Below are positions 24,707 to 33,973 of a stretch of 64,000 nucleotides of DNA, one piece after another. Under the pieces are notes generated by a model that saw only the letters and a list, made by a program, of their open reading frames with translations, did not search any database and had not been told where the DNA came from. Both the position numbers and the translations under genes were made by a program. The DNA is from an uncultured Holophagales bacterium (GTDB lineage: Bacteria; Acidobacteriota; Thermoanaerobaculia; Multivoradales; UBA5704), in assembly GCA_963842525.1 (NCBI GenBank), contig CAWJGT010000009.1, positions 1,408,001-1,472,000 of the forward strand, in the 5' to 3' direction. Positions within the stretch are counted from its first letter, which is position 1; every line of letters begins with the position of its first letter.

Positions 24707-25059
24707 CGCAGCTCCTCCGCCCGCCAACGGCGATGGACCTCGGCAGCTCGCCCGAAGTCGGGGCCGGTGACTTCGTCCGGGACGCCTGACTCCCAAGCGA
24801 GATCGAGGCCGGCGAGCCTTGCCGCCGCTTCCTTGCATATGGCCTGCTTTGAAAGAGTGAAAAGCGCCGCCTGGGATGGCAAGTGGTAGAGGGTAAAGCA
24901 CCGGGAATCCAGACCGTAGCGGCTCCCGCGGACAATGCCGAAAGGGCCGGCTACCAGGGTCGAGGCGATCTCAGCGTAAGGGGTCCGAGGATCGCCGACG
25001 TGCCACAGGCGCACGGCGAGAGTACGACGGCGCCACTTGAGTGGGACGGGGATCGTCAC
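24703..25059 (-). CDS. Hypothetical protein
   Basis: Start and stop overlap both neighbours; similar to the C-terminal part of 24254-24706. Confidence 0.65.
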   Translation of the reverse strand: MTIPVPLKWRRRTLAVRLWHVGDPRTPYAEIASTLVAGPFGIVRGSRYGLDSRCFTLYHLPSQAALFTLSKQAICKEAAARLAGLDLAWESGVPDEVTGPDFGRAAEVHRRWRAEELR

Positions 25060-25400
25060 TTCCGGCCCTCCTTCTCTGCCTGCCTGCTTTGCCAGTACAC
25101 GTACAGCTCTTCGGGGGTGAGGTCTGCGGCCTCCTCAAGCGCCTTGAGAGCCGGCTCCAGGTCGTCGGCGAGGACGCACTCCAGGGTGCCGCGGAGGGCG
25201 AACGCTACGGACTGCGGGACGCGTCCCTCTCCCATGTCCTCGCTGTCCTCGGGATAGCCTAGACCCTCCTCCAGGGCTTGAAGGGTGGAAATCATGGTCT
25301 GGAGGAAGGCCGCGCAGGTTTTGACGACCATCTGCGCTGCGGTCTCTTCGGCGGTGTGCTCGGGAACGGGGGGAAGGGTAGACTTCTCGGACCTGGGCAT
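25056..25400 (-). CDS. Hypothetical helical protein
   Basis: RBS aggag; first gene of a three-gene coupled operon; preceded by a long hairpin at 25421-25464. Confidence 0.7.
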   Translation of the reverse strand: MPRSEKSTLPPVPEHTAEETAAQMVVKTCAAFLQTMISTLQALEEGLGYPEDSEDMGEGRVPQSVAFALRGTLECVLADDLEPALKALEEAADLTPEELYVYWQSRQAEKEGRK

Positions 25401-25820
25401 GGGGCTAGCTCCTGTGCTCGGGTAGGTCCGGGCGGGTGGTGACTCACCCGTTCGGGCCGCTACCAGATTGTCAGTGGAGAGGCGTATTCCTCCCTACGGG
25501 AGGGAAGCTACAGCAGGTAGGTACCCCCGCCCCCTATCTAGGGGGCACCTACACTGAGTTAGGACACGACCTCCTGCGGGTCGGCCAGCAGGACCCGCAG
25601 GGCCTACTGACCACTTGCAGGGCCGCTCGGCGACGGGCCAGGCTTTTCCGTACCTGGACGAGGTCCTCCCTGCGCCGCAACAGGGCCTTCCGACCATATC
25701 GAGAGGCGGACTCGAGACATGCCGGGGCACCTGTCCCACGGACCTGTGTGAACTGTCCCTCCCACAGCCCCGACTGCCCATTGCGCAGGGCGCATCAGGG
25801 CAGTAGGCTCTCCTGCGGAC

Positions 25821-26252
25821 ATGACGCAGAACGAATACGAACGGCGGCGGCGCCTTTTGGAGGAGCAGCTCCAAGCGGCTCTTGAAATGGTGCGCTCCGG
25901 GTGTGAGATCGCCTTCCAGGCTCTGGAAGCGCTACGTGCCGAGAGCGCCAAGGATGAGCCGGCCGGCGCCTCGATCGCGAAACCGGCTCCATCGACAAGC
26001 CGTTCCGCTCCGGATCCGCCGCTCCGCTCCCGCATACCGACCAACCAGTGGCCGGACGACCTCGAGGAAGCACTGCCCATGCTGCCGGAGGTCTTCACCA
26101 AGGCCGACCTGGTGCGCGCCCTCGGCTACCAGCCGACCCGAGGCACCCTGCTGCGCATCGTCGACAAGCTCATCCAAGAAGGCAGGATCGCAGTTCTCAA
26201 GGCGAGCGACGGCGGAAAGCCGACGACGTATCGGAAGGTTCCCACGCCATAG
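25821..26252 (+). CDS. Coiled-coil plus winged-helix hypothetical protein
   Basis: FTKADLVRALGYQPTRGTLLRIVDKLIQEGRI...TTYRK resembles a wHTH. Confidence 0.65.
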   Translation: MTQNEYERRRRLLEEQLQAALEMVRSGCEIAFQALEALRAESAKDEPAGASIAKPAPSTSRSAPDPPLRSRIPTNQWPDDLEEALPMLPEVFTKADLVRALGYQPTRGTLLRIVDKLIQEGRIAVLKASDGGKPTTYRKVPTP

Positions 26253-26369
26253 GAGCGTGAGAGCCTCCGACATCCGCTGTACACGGCGGGGTCCTTCCTG
26301 CCCCCGCCACTCAGTAGAATCAAGGACATCCGACGGCCACGGCGCCCGGCACCCCGGCGTTGCTCACGG

Positions 26370-26624
26370 TCATACGGAAGCAGGTCCCGTTGGGCGATCG
26401 GAGGATCGGGGCAGCACCAGGGGAGCAAGGTTCTGATAGTCGCGATCGACGATCAGCATCCCCCCTTCGCCCGCGGCGTCGATCGCGTCCTGCAGCGTTG
26501 CGTGATGGCTCGCGATCTGGATGTTGGCGGTGAACGGCTGTGCTCCGGCCGCCGGTGCCAGGCAGGCCGCGGCGAGCGCCAGGGTGAGCGCGGTGCGCCA
26601 GGTCGTTGTCAGGGTGGGACTCAT
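26370..26624 (-). pseudogene. Truncated secreted protein with a pectin-lyase/beta-helix-type N-terminus
   Basis: RBS aaggagg, signal peptide, TLQDAIDAAGEGG motif, then an abrupt end. Confidence 0.5.
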
Positions 26625-26869
26625 CGCTTTCCTCCTTGGTCAGAGGCGACGGCGAATGATTCGGCCTCTGCTCTTCAACACGGAAAACGGGGGGCGATCC
26701 CGCCAGGCGTTCTGGGCGGCACGACCGGCATGCCTTGTACGCTCTCCTGTACCTGTACCGGCTGTGTGGACGAGGACCCCACCAAGACGGAAGGGACCAA
26801 CTGCTGCCAATAGGCGCTCCGGTCTGATCGAGCTGAACGAGGACGGGCTCCTCTGCTGCCCCGAGCAGC

Positions 26870-27766
26870 CTAGGAACCCGAGGCCGGCACGCGGTCACGG
26901 ATCCTTTTGAAGCCGAGCCGGTCGAAAAGCTTCTGCACAACCTCTTCGTCGGCGCCCCGGTATTCCAGATCGCGCAGGCCGGCGCGCACCGGGGCGTCGG
27001 TTGCAACCGTGGCGAGGCGCTTTGAGAGCAGGGCGATGTCGCGGTGCTTGGCGAGCCTGGCGGCGAGCTTCTGGGCGCCGCGGAGCTTCGACCGGCCCAA
27101 CTCGTCGAGCCGTGCGTAGGCGTCCTCGACATGGTCAAAGGCGCCGAGGATCTCGGCCGCGGTTTTTCTCCCGATCCCGGGCACCCCTGGGATGTTGTCC
27201 ACCGGATCGCCCGCCAGCGCCAGGAGGTCGGCGATCTGGTCTGGGCGGACCCCGAACTTCTCTCGCACCTCTGCGGGCGTATAGCGCTCCCCCTTGGCGA
27301 AATCGAGGAGGTTCACCTGGTCGCTCACGAGCTGCGTCAGGTCCTTGTCGGAGGTCACGATCACGGCCCGGTGACCGCTTGGGAGCAGCTTCGCGCAGAT
27401 CGTGGCGATCAGGTCGTCGGCCTCGTAGCGGTCGTCGATGAAGGTGGCGGCCCCCAGCGCTGCCGCGACCTCCAGGCTCGGGTCGATCTGGGCCACGATC
27501 TCCGGCGGCGGCTCGTCCCGATGGGCCTTGTAGGCGGGGAAGTACTCGTTGCGGAAGCTGCCGTTCAGGTTGCGGTCGAAGGCCACCCCGAGATGGGTGG
27601 GCTTCTCGTCCGCGATCAGCTTGAGCAGGAAGCTCGCGAAGCCATAGGTCGCGCCGGTGCGCTGGCCGTCCGGGCTCTTGATCGAGTCGGGCAGGGAGAA
27701 GTGGGCCCGGAACAGGTAGGGGCTGGCGTCGACGAGATAGATGGTCTGCGCGGCCGGCTCGGGCAT
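26870..27766 (-). CDS. Standalone 5'-3' exonuclease / flap endonuclease
   Basis: YLVDASPYLFRAHF, YKAHR, YEADDLIAT, TSDKDL and LAGDPVDNIPGVPGIGRKTA; no polymerase domain. Confidence 0.92.
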   Translation of the reverse strand: MPEPAAQTIYLVDASPYLFRAHFSLPDSIKSPDGQRTGATYGFASFLLKLIADEKPTHLGVAFDRNLNGSFRNEYFPAYKAHRDEPPPEIVAQIDPSLEVAAALGAATFIDDRYEADDLIATICAKLLPSGHRAVIVTSDKDLTQLVSDQVNLLDFAKGERYTPAEVREKFGVRPDQIADLLALAGDPVDNIPGVPGIGRKTAAEILGAFDHVEDAYARLDELGRSKLRGAQKLAARLAKHRDIALLSKRLATVATDAPVRAGLRDLEYRGADEEVVQKLFDRLGFKRIRDRVPASGS

Positions 27767-27889
27767 CGTTTCGGGGCTCCTCCGGTCAGGCCCAGGACTG
27801 TTGCGAGACTAGCATGCGTCCCGACTTCCTGAAATTTCTCGGGTGAGTTATGCAAGATTCGCGACCCGTTTTACGTCTTTTTAAGGGGC

Positions 27890-30202
27890 ATGAGAGACAG
27901 AACCGCTCCCATGCTCCTCCCCGCCGCGGCTTTCGCCTGCGGTTCCCTCGTCGCCCTCCGTCTCCCGCACCTCTCGATTCCGCTCTGGGTGGCGCTCGCC
28001 GTCCTCGGCCTGGCGCTCCGGAAGCCCGCCGGGATCTTCCTCGCCGCGCTGTCGGTCGGGGTGCTCGCCGCGGCCGTGCGGCTCGACCTCCCCGCGAGGC
28101 CCTTCGAAGGGATCGACCTCGCGCGTCCGGTCGAGGCCGTGGTCCGGGTGACCGGCCACTGGACCCCTGAGCCGGGTGAGGACCCGGGATGGGCCGCTTC
28201 CGCCCGGATGGTCCGGCTGCAACAGGACGCCCGCATGATCGAGCCGCCCGTCGAAGTCACCCTCCACGTACCCGGGGAGGAGGAGCCCCCAGCCTACGGC
28301 TCTTCGGTCCGGGTGAAAGGCTACGTTTCGCGCTCGGCCGGCTTCGCCAACCGGGTCGCGGTGCCGCCGGGGCCATGGCGGCTGCGTGCGAAGAGCCGCC
28401 TCCTGATGGAGGTTGCGGCCCCGCCGGGACCGGTGGCCGCACTGTCGAGCGCTCTCCGCCGCCGGATGGACCGGGCCTTCCAGGCCGCGGGACCGGAGAG
28501 CGGAGGAGACCGCCAGGGCAAGGCGCTGGCGCGAGCCCTCGTGCTGGGCGATGCCTCGGGGTTCCCCCTGGCCTGGAAGCGCGGCCTGCGCCTGACCGGC
28601 CTCTATCACCTGCTATCGGTCTCCGGCGTCCATGTGGCCCTGGTGGCGGGAGCCGTCTGGCTGCTCGGCGGCTGGCTGCCGCGTAGCCTCCGCCTGCTGC
28701 TGATGCTCGCCGCGATCGCGCTCTACCTCCTGCTGGTCGGGCCGCTCCCGGCGCTGGTCCGCTCGGCGGTCATGGGCCTGCTGGCCGTCCTCGCTCTGCT
28801 CTTCGAAAGGCCTCCCGCCGCCGCCAACGCGCTCGGCTGGGCGGTGGTGCTGCTGGTGCTGGAGGACCCGGCCGTGGTGGAGGTGCCGGCCTTTCAGCTC
28901 ACCGTATCGGCCACGGCCGGGCTGCTCCTGGCCGCTCCGCCTCTCGCCGAGCGCTGGAGGCGGTTCCTGCCGGGCTGGCTCGCCGGTGCATTGGCGGCCA
29001 GCGTCGCGGCCCAGCTCCTCACCCTGCCCTGGGCGCTGCCCCGGTTTCACACCCTCTCCCTGCTGGCGCCGCTCCTCAACCTGCCAGCCGTCCCATGGAC
29101 GGGCCTGGCGCTTGGAGCCTCCCTGGTGTGGGCCACACTCGCGCTCATCGCGCCTGGTTGGGCCGGAGCCCTGCTCCCGGTCCTCGATGCTCTCGCGGCA
29201 CCCTTCTCCTGGCCCTCCAGCACCCCTCCGGAGATCTGGCTCGCGATGCCGGTCCTCATGCCGCCGATGGCCGCCTGGGCTCTGACGGCAGGTCTCGGCC
29301 TCCTTCTCTTCGCGAGGCCGCGCCGGCTCCCGCTGCGACTCGCAGTGCTGGCCGCCGGCCTGGTGGGCATCTTGGGTTGTCTCTGGGAGCCTGCCACGGC
29401 GGCCCGAGGACGCGGGCCGGAGCTGGCGATGCTCGACGTGGGACAGGGCGATGCAATCCTCCTCCGCGACGGCGGGCATGCGATCCTGGTGGATGGTGGA
29501 GGGTGGGATTACGGTGACCTGGGTGGGCGCGTCCTGCTGCCGGCCCTGCTCGCCGAAGGGGTCCGCTCCCTCGACGCGGTCGTCATGACCCACCCTGATC
29601 GAGACCACTGTCGGGGCCTGGTGGACATCTCTGGTTACCTCCCGGTGCGCGAGGTCTGGATGGGACCCGGCTGGGAGCCCGAAGGGTGCGCCGGTGAGCT
29701 CGCCACCTTGCCGGGCGCGCGGCTGCGGCTCCTCTGGGCTGGGAAGGAGGCGACCGTAGGCCGCTGGCGTCTGAAAGTCCTCCATCCACAGCCGGATGAG
29801 GAAAGAGGGATCAATGAGCGCTCGCTCGTCCTGCGCGCGGAAGTCCACGGCCGCAGCTTGCTCCTGACCGGCGACATCGAGAGCTGGGCGGAATTCCGGC
29901 TGCTGTCCTGCTGCGAGAGGGAGGTCCGCACCGACGTCCTCAAGCTGGCCCACCACGGCAGCAAGACGTCCTCGACCGCATCGTTCCTCGACACGGCCCG
30001 GCCGCGCCTGGCCCTGGCCTCTGCGGGCTACAAGAACCTGTACCGCCACCCGTCGGAGGTCGTCCGCGAGCGGCTCGAAGAGCGCCGGATCCCTCTCCTG
30101 CGGACCGACCGGGACGGCATGGTCCTGCTGCGGATCGGCGAGGACGGTCGCTTACGGATCGAGCTGCCAGGTTCGCCGACCGGGCGAGCGCCGTTGCGCT
30201 GA
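27890..30202 (+). CDS. comEC: DNA internalization competence protein ComEC/Rec2
   Basis: GLYHLLSVSGVHV, RSAVM, FQLT, then MBL domain LDVGQGDA, THPDRDH, LTGDIE, HHGS, HP. Confidence 0.93.
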   Translation: MRDRTAPMLLPAAAFACGSLVALRLPHLSIPLWVALAVLGLALRKPAGIFLAALSVGVLAAAVRLDLPARPFEGIDLARPVEAVVRVTGHWTPEPGEDPGWAASARMVRLQQDARMIEPPVEVTLHVPGEEEPPAYGSSVRVKGYVSRSAGFANRVAVPPGPWRLRAKSRLLMEVAAPPGPVAALSSALRRRMDRAFQAAGPESGGDRQGKALARALVLGDASGFPLAWKRGLRLTGLYHLLSVSGVHVALVAGAVWLLGGWLPRSLRLLLMLAAIALYLLLVGPLPALVRSAVMGLLAVLALLFERPPAAANALGWAVVLLVLEDPAVVEVPAFQLTVSATAGLLLAAPPLAERWRRFLPGWLAGALAASVAAQLLTLPWALPRFHTLSLLAPLLNLPAVPWTGLALGASLVWATLALIAPGWAGALLPVLDALAAPFSWPSSTPPEIWLAMPVLMPPMAAWALTAGLGLLLFARPRRLPLRLAVLAAGLVGILGCLWEPATAARGRGPELAMLDVGQGDAILLRDGGHAILVDGGGWDYGDLGGRVLLPALLAEGVRSLDAVVMTHPDRDHCRGLVDISGYLPVREVWMGPGWEPEGCAGELATLPGARLRLLWAGKEATVGRWRLKVLHPQPDEERGINERSLVLRAEVHGRSLLLTGDIESWAEFRLLSCCEREVRTDVLKLAHHGSKTSSTASFLDTARPRLALASAGYKNLYRHPSEVVRERLEERRIPLLRTDRDGMVLLRIGEDGRLRIELPGSPTGRAPLR

Positions 30203-30211
30203 GGAGGGGTC

Positions 30212-31231
30212 ATGGGAAAGCACGACAGCAGCTACCGGCGCTTCTTCTCCCAGCCGCGCATGGTGGAAGGCCTCCTGCGCGGCTTCGTGGCCGAGCCCTG
30301 GGTCGAACACCTCGATTTCTCCACGCTGCGCAAGGCAAGCGGCTCGTTCGTCTCCCGGCAGATGGAGCAGCGGGAGGCCGATCTCGTCTGGATGGTGGAT
30401 TTCGCAGGCGACGACACCCCGGCCTGTATCTGCATCCTTATAGAGCTCCAATCCCGGACCGAGCGGTTCATGGCCGTGCGCTTCATGGCCTATGTGGCTC
30501 TCCTCTACGAGGCCCTGATCGCGGGAAGGCACCTCACTCCGGCGCGGAAGTTGCCGCTCGTGGTGCCGATTGGCTTCTATAATGGAGTGAGGCCATGGCG
30601 CGCGGCCCGCGACATGGCGGAACTGGTCGAGGTCGCCGATCCGTCGGCGGAGCTCTACCGGCCCCGGCTGCGCTACCGGCTGATCGACGTTTCGCGTTAT
30701 TCAGCCGAGGAGCTCGCACTGCGGCAGAGCCCCGTCGCCGCGTTGTTCCGTCTTGAAAAGAGCCGCGACTGGCTGGAGATCCACCGCGGCGTGGAGCAAC
30801 TCTATGGCCTGCTGCGCAGCCCGGGCGACGAGGAGTTGCGGCAGATCTTCGCCGCCTGGTTGAAGGACGTCGTTTTTCCACGAATGCAGGGCGCCCCGAG
30901 CGAGGAGCTCGGGTCGCTGAGCCTGGAGGGTCTCAAGGGTATGCTGGCAGAAAGAGTGGCAGCCATGTACCGGTTGGAGCGCATGAGGGGCCGCAGGGAC
31001 GGCCGCATGGAAGGTTTGGAGGAGGGCCGACAAGTGGGTTGGCAGGAGGGGCGCCAGGAAGGTCGGCAGGAGGGTGAGGCGGACCTGCTTCTTCGGCAGC
31101 TTCAGCGCAAGTTCGGACCTTTGCAGGAGACAGCTCTCGCCCGCGTCCGCGCGGCCGATTCCGAGGCCCTGCTGGAGTGGGGAGAGCGGATCCTCACCGC
31201 CGAACGGCTGGAAGACGTCTTCGGCGATTGA
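30212..31231 (+). CDS. Rpn-family recombination-promoting nuclease (YhgA-like) with DUF4351-like tail
   Basis: HDSSYRRFFS, READLVW, LIELQS, MAVRF, LPLVVPIGFYNG..W, EGRQ repeats, LLRQLQRKFG. Confidence 0.9.
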   Translation: MGKHDSSYRRFFSQPRMVEGLLRGFVAEPWVEHLDFSTLRKASGSFVSRQMEQREADLVWMVDFAGDDTPACICILIELQSRTERFMAVRFMAYVALLYEALIAGRHLTPARKLPLVVPIGFYNGVRPWRAARDMAELVEVADPSAELYRPRLRYRLIDVSRYSAEELALRQSPVAALFRLEKSRDWLEIHRGVEQLYGLLRSPGDEELRQIFAAWLKDVVFPRMQGAPSEELGSLSLEGLKGMLAERVAAMYRLERMRGRRDGRMEGLEEGRQVGWQEGRQEGRQEGEADLLLRQLQRKFGPLQETALARVRAADSEALLEWGERILTAERLEDVFGD

Positions 31232-31253
31232 AAGAGCGCGGCGGTCCCGGCTC

Positions 31254-31283
31254 TTGACAGAGCGCCCCGCCGCCGTCTACCGT
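31254..31283 (+). promoter_or_regulatory. Sigma70-type promoter of the met operon
   Basis: TTGACA-18 bp-TACCGT, with 8 nt to the leader ATG (a leaderless arrangement). Confidence 0.6.
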
Positions 31284-31291
31284 TTGCCACC

Positions 31292-31396
31292 ATGAAGGCG
31301 CGCCGCACGACCACCGCCCCTTGTCACCTGCGAATGTCCATGGGCATGCGCAGGCCGGGCGCTGGCCGTCTCGCTGTGCCGAACGCCGTCTCGTAG
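31292..31396 (+). CDS. Putative attenuator leader peptide (34 aa, MSMGM)
   Basis: MKARRTTTAPCHLRMSMGMRRPGAGRLAVPNAVS*, upstream of a terminator and the methionine genes. Confidence 0.7.
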   Translation: MKARRTTTAPCHLRMSMGMRRPGAGRLAVPNAVS

Positions 31397-31423
31397 CAAC
31401 ACATCCCGGCGTTCTCCCCCTCG

Positions 31424-31461
31424 AAAGACCACCGCCCGGCCTCCCGCCGCGGTGGTCTTTT
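31424..31461 (+). terminator. Attenuator terminator hairpin
   Basis: aaagaccaccgc (31424-31435) pairs with gcggtggtcttt (31449-31460), ending in a short U run. Confidence 0.75.
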
Positions 31462-31505
31462 CGCTTCCGGTTCACTTCCGGACAGCCGACTTCGGGGAGA
31501 ACACG

Positions 31506-32687
31506 ATGACTGCGATTTCGTTCGAGACGGAGACTGATCCCCATCTTTCGTTGGCGACGCTGGCACTTCATGCGGGTGCGACGCCTGACCCGACGACCGG
31601 CGCGATCCTTACACCCATCTATCAGTCCACCACCTTCGTGCAGGAGGCGGTGGGCGTTCACAAGGGGTACACCTACAGCCGCTCAGGCAACCCAACCGTC
31701 ACGGCTTTGGAAAGCCGTCTCGCCGCCCTCGAAGGCGCCGAGCACGCTACCTGCTACGCCACCGGGCTCGCGGCCACCACGGCTCTCGCGCTGGCTCTGC
31801 TGCGGTCCGGCGACCGGATCGTCCTCTCCGACGTGACCTATGGCGGCACAGTGCGCCTGTTCCGTCAGGTGCTCGCGCCGTTCGGAGTCGAGGCCGAGTT
31901 CGTGGACGCCGCCGATCCCGAGCGTCTGGCCGAGGCGCTCCGTACCCCAACGCGTCTCGTCTTTCTGGAGACGCCGGCCAACCCCACTCTCAAGCTCGCC
32001 GACATCGCCGAAGCGGTCCGCCTCGCCCGCGCCGCGGGTGCTCTGGTCGCGGTGGACAACACGCTGCTGACCCCGGTCCTCCAGCGGCCTCTCGACCTCG
32101 GCGCCGACATCGTTCTCCACTCCACGACCAAGTTCATTGAGGGACACAACGCCACCGTGGGCGGCGCGCTCCTCACCCGCAGCGCCGAGCTCCACGAGCG
32201 CCTGTCGTTCCTTCGCAACGCCGTTGGCGTCATCCAGTCGCCTTTCCAGGCCTGGCTGACGCTCCAGGGGGTGAAAACGCTGCCGGCGCGCATGGAGGTC
32301 CACACGCGGAACGCGTTGTGTGTGGCCCTCTTCCTGGAGGAGCACCCGCGGGTGACGCGCATCCTCTATCCGGGCCTCGATTCGTTCCCGCAGCGCGATC
32401 TCGCACAGAGGCAACAGCGCGGCGGCGGCGCTCTCCTTGCCTTCGAGGTCGAGGGCGGAGCGGAGGCCGGCGTGCGGGTTCTCAACAACGTTCGCCTCTG
32501 CGCCCTGGCCGAGAACCTGGGCGCGACGGAGACCCTCATCACGCACCCGGCCACCATGACCCATGCGGCCGTGCCGGTCGAGCAGCGGCAGGCGACCGGG
32601 ATCACGGACGGCTTGATCCGGCTCTCGGTGGGTCTGGAGAGCCCCGACGACATCATCGACGACCTGCGCCGCGCTCTCGCGGCCTGA
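31506..32687 (+). CDS. metB: PLP-dependent trans-sulfuration enzyme, probably cystathionine gamma-synthase
   Basis: PIYQSTTF, YSRSGNPT, ETPANP, VDNT, HSTTKFIEGH, LIRLSVGLE. Exact specificity is inferred from context. Confidence 0.82.
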   Translation: MTAISFETETDPHLSLATLALHAGATPDPTTGAILTPIYQSTTFVQEAVGVHKGYTYSRSGNPTVTALESRLAALEGAEHATCYATGLAATTALALALLRSGDRIVLSDVTYGGTVRLFRQVLAPFGVEAEFVDAADPERLAEALRTPTRLVFLETPANPTLKLADIAEAVRLARAAGALVAVDNTLLTPVLQRPLDLGADIVLHSTTKFIEGHNATVGGALLTRSAELHERLSFLRNAVGVIQSPFQAWLTLQGVKTLPARMEVHTRNALCVALFLEEHPRVTRILYPGLDSFPQRDLAQRQQRGGGALLAFEVEGGAEAGVRVLNNVRLCALAENLGATETLITHPATMTHAAVPVEQRQATGITDGLIRLSVGLESPDDIIDDLRRALAA

Positions 32688-32701
32688 AAGGGAGAAAAGA
32701 C

Positions 32702-33973
32702 ATGCAACAGCCACAGCAGATCCGCGTCCTCGAATTCGGCAGCTCGGTGCTCCGCTCGGAAGTCGACCTGCCTTGTGCCGTGCAGCAGATCTATCGGGAG
32801 TGGCGGGACGGCCATGCCGTCGTGGCGGTCGCCTCGGACGGCGCGACCACGGACGAGCTCCTGCAACGAGCGCAGCAACTGGGCCTGCCACCGCAACCCG
32901 GCGCGGTCGCCTCGCTCTTCGTCACGGGTGAGACGGCCGCTTCCTCTCTCTTGACCCGCGCTCTCCGTCGCTCCGGCCTTCCTGCCACTTTTCTCGATCC
33001 CATCGACATCGAAGGCTTTCGCGGCATCAACGTGGCCTCTGCCGCACCCGCCTTTTCGCGAGAGCCCTTGCGCGTCGCCCTCCTCGGCTGCGGCACGGTC
33101 GGCGGTGGCGTCCTCGCGCGGCTCCTGGCCCTGCCCGACATCTTCCGCGTCGTCGGAGTCGCCGTTCGCGACCTGGCGAAGGCCGAACGCTCCGGTGTCC
33201 CGCGCTCGCTGCTGACGCGTGATGTGCCGGGGCTTGTCGAAAGCGATGCCGATGTCGTCGTCGAGCTGATGGGAGGGCGTGAGCCGGCCCGGCGGGCGAT
33301 CGTGCGGGCTCTCGATCTGGGACGGTCGGTGGTGACCGCCAACAAGCTCCTGCTCGCCGAGGAGATCGATGCGCTGTCGGATCTCGCACAGCGGAGCGGC
33401 GCCTCGCTGCGATACAGCGCGAGCGTCGGCGGAGCCATGCCTGCCCTGGAGGCTGTCCGGCGCCTGAAAGGCCGGATCCGTGCGCTCTCGGGCGTGCTCA
33501 ACGGCACCTGCAACTACGTCCTCGACCGCTGCGCGGCGGGTGTGCCGTTCAACGCGGCGGTTGCCGCGGCTCAGGCTGCCGGCTTCGCGGAGGCCGATCC
33601 TGCGCTCGACCTCGACGGCTCGGATACGGCCCAGAAGCTTGCCCTCCTGGCACGAGAGGCCTTCGGAATAGCGCTGCCGTGGAACCGCATCCCCCGCCAG
33701 GGGATCGTGGATCTCGATGCCCGTCACGGCCGCGTTGTGCGCCTCGTGGCGAGCTGTGAGCGCTCCGGCTCCGGATTGCGGGCGAGCGTCCAGCCCGTGG
33801 AGCTTCCCTCGTGTCACCCGTTTGCGCGGACCACGGGAGCGGACAATGCGTTGCGGATCGAGACCCTGGACGGCGAGGTCTTCGATCTCGCGGCCCAGGG
33901 TGCCGGACGTTGGCCGACCTGCGAGGCGGTGCTTGCCGACCTCTACGACCTGATCGCGGAGGTGACGCCATGA
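32702..33973 (+). CDS. hom: Homoserine dehydrogenase with a truncated aspartokinase-like N-terminal segment
   Basis: VALLGCGTVGGGV, VVTANK, ASVGGAMP, GVLNGTCNY, GFAEADP..DLDG.D..QKL, GAGRWPT. The N-terminus VLEFGSSVL..VVAVAS..TTDELL is kinase-like. Confidence 0.85.
   Translation: MQQPQQIRVLEFGSSVLRSEVDLPCAVQQIYREWRDGHAVVAVASDGATTDELLQRAQQLGLPPQPGAVASLFVTGETAASSLLTRALRRSGLPATFLDPIDIEGFRGINVASAAPAFSREPLRVALLGCGTVGGGVLARLLALPDIFRVVGVAVRDLAKAERSGVPRSLLTRDVPGLVESDADVVVELMGGREPARRAIVRALDLGRSVVTANKLLLAEEIDALSDLAQRSGASLRYSASVGGAMPALEAVRRLKGRIRALSGVLNGTCNYVLDRCAAGVPFNAAVAAAQAAGFAEADPALDLDGSDTAQKLALLAREAFGIALPWNRIPRQGIVDLDARHGRVVRLVASCERSGSGLRASVQPVELPSCHPFARTTGADNALRIETLDGEVFDLAAQGAGRWPTCEAVLADLYDLIAEVTP

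Noticed and set aside
21230-26400. Prophage
   Set aside because: There are small regulator-like genes but no integrase, terminase, structural or replication genes.
26870-27766. polA
   Set aside because: Only the 5'-3' exonuclease domain is present, with a clean stop.
31260-31500. SAM riboswitch or T-box upstream of the met genes
   Set aside because: I could not find SAM-I core or T-box consensus sequences by eye, and a leader ORF with alternative hairpins explains the region. An Rfam scan is still needed.
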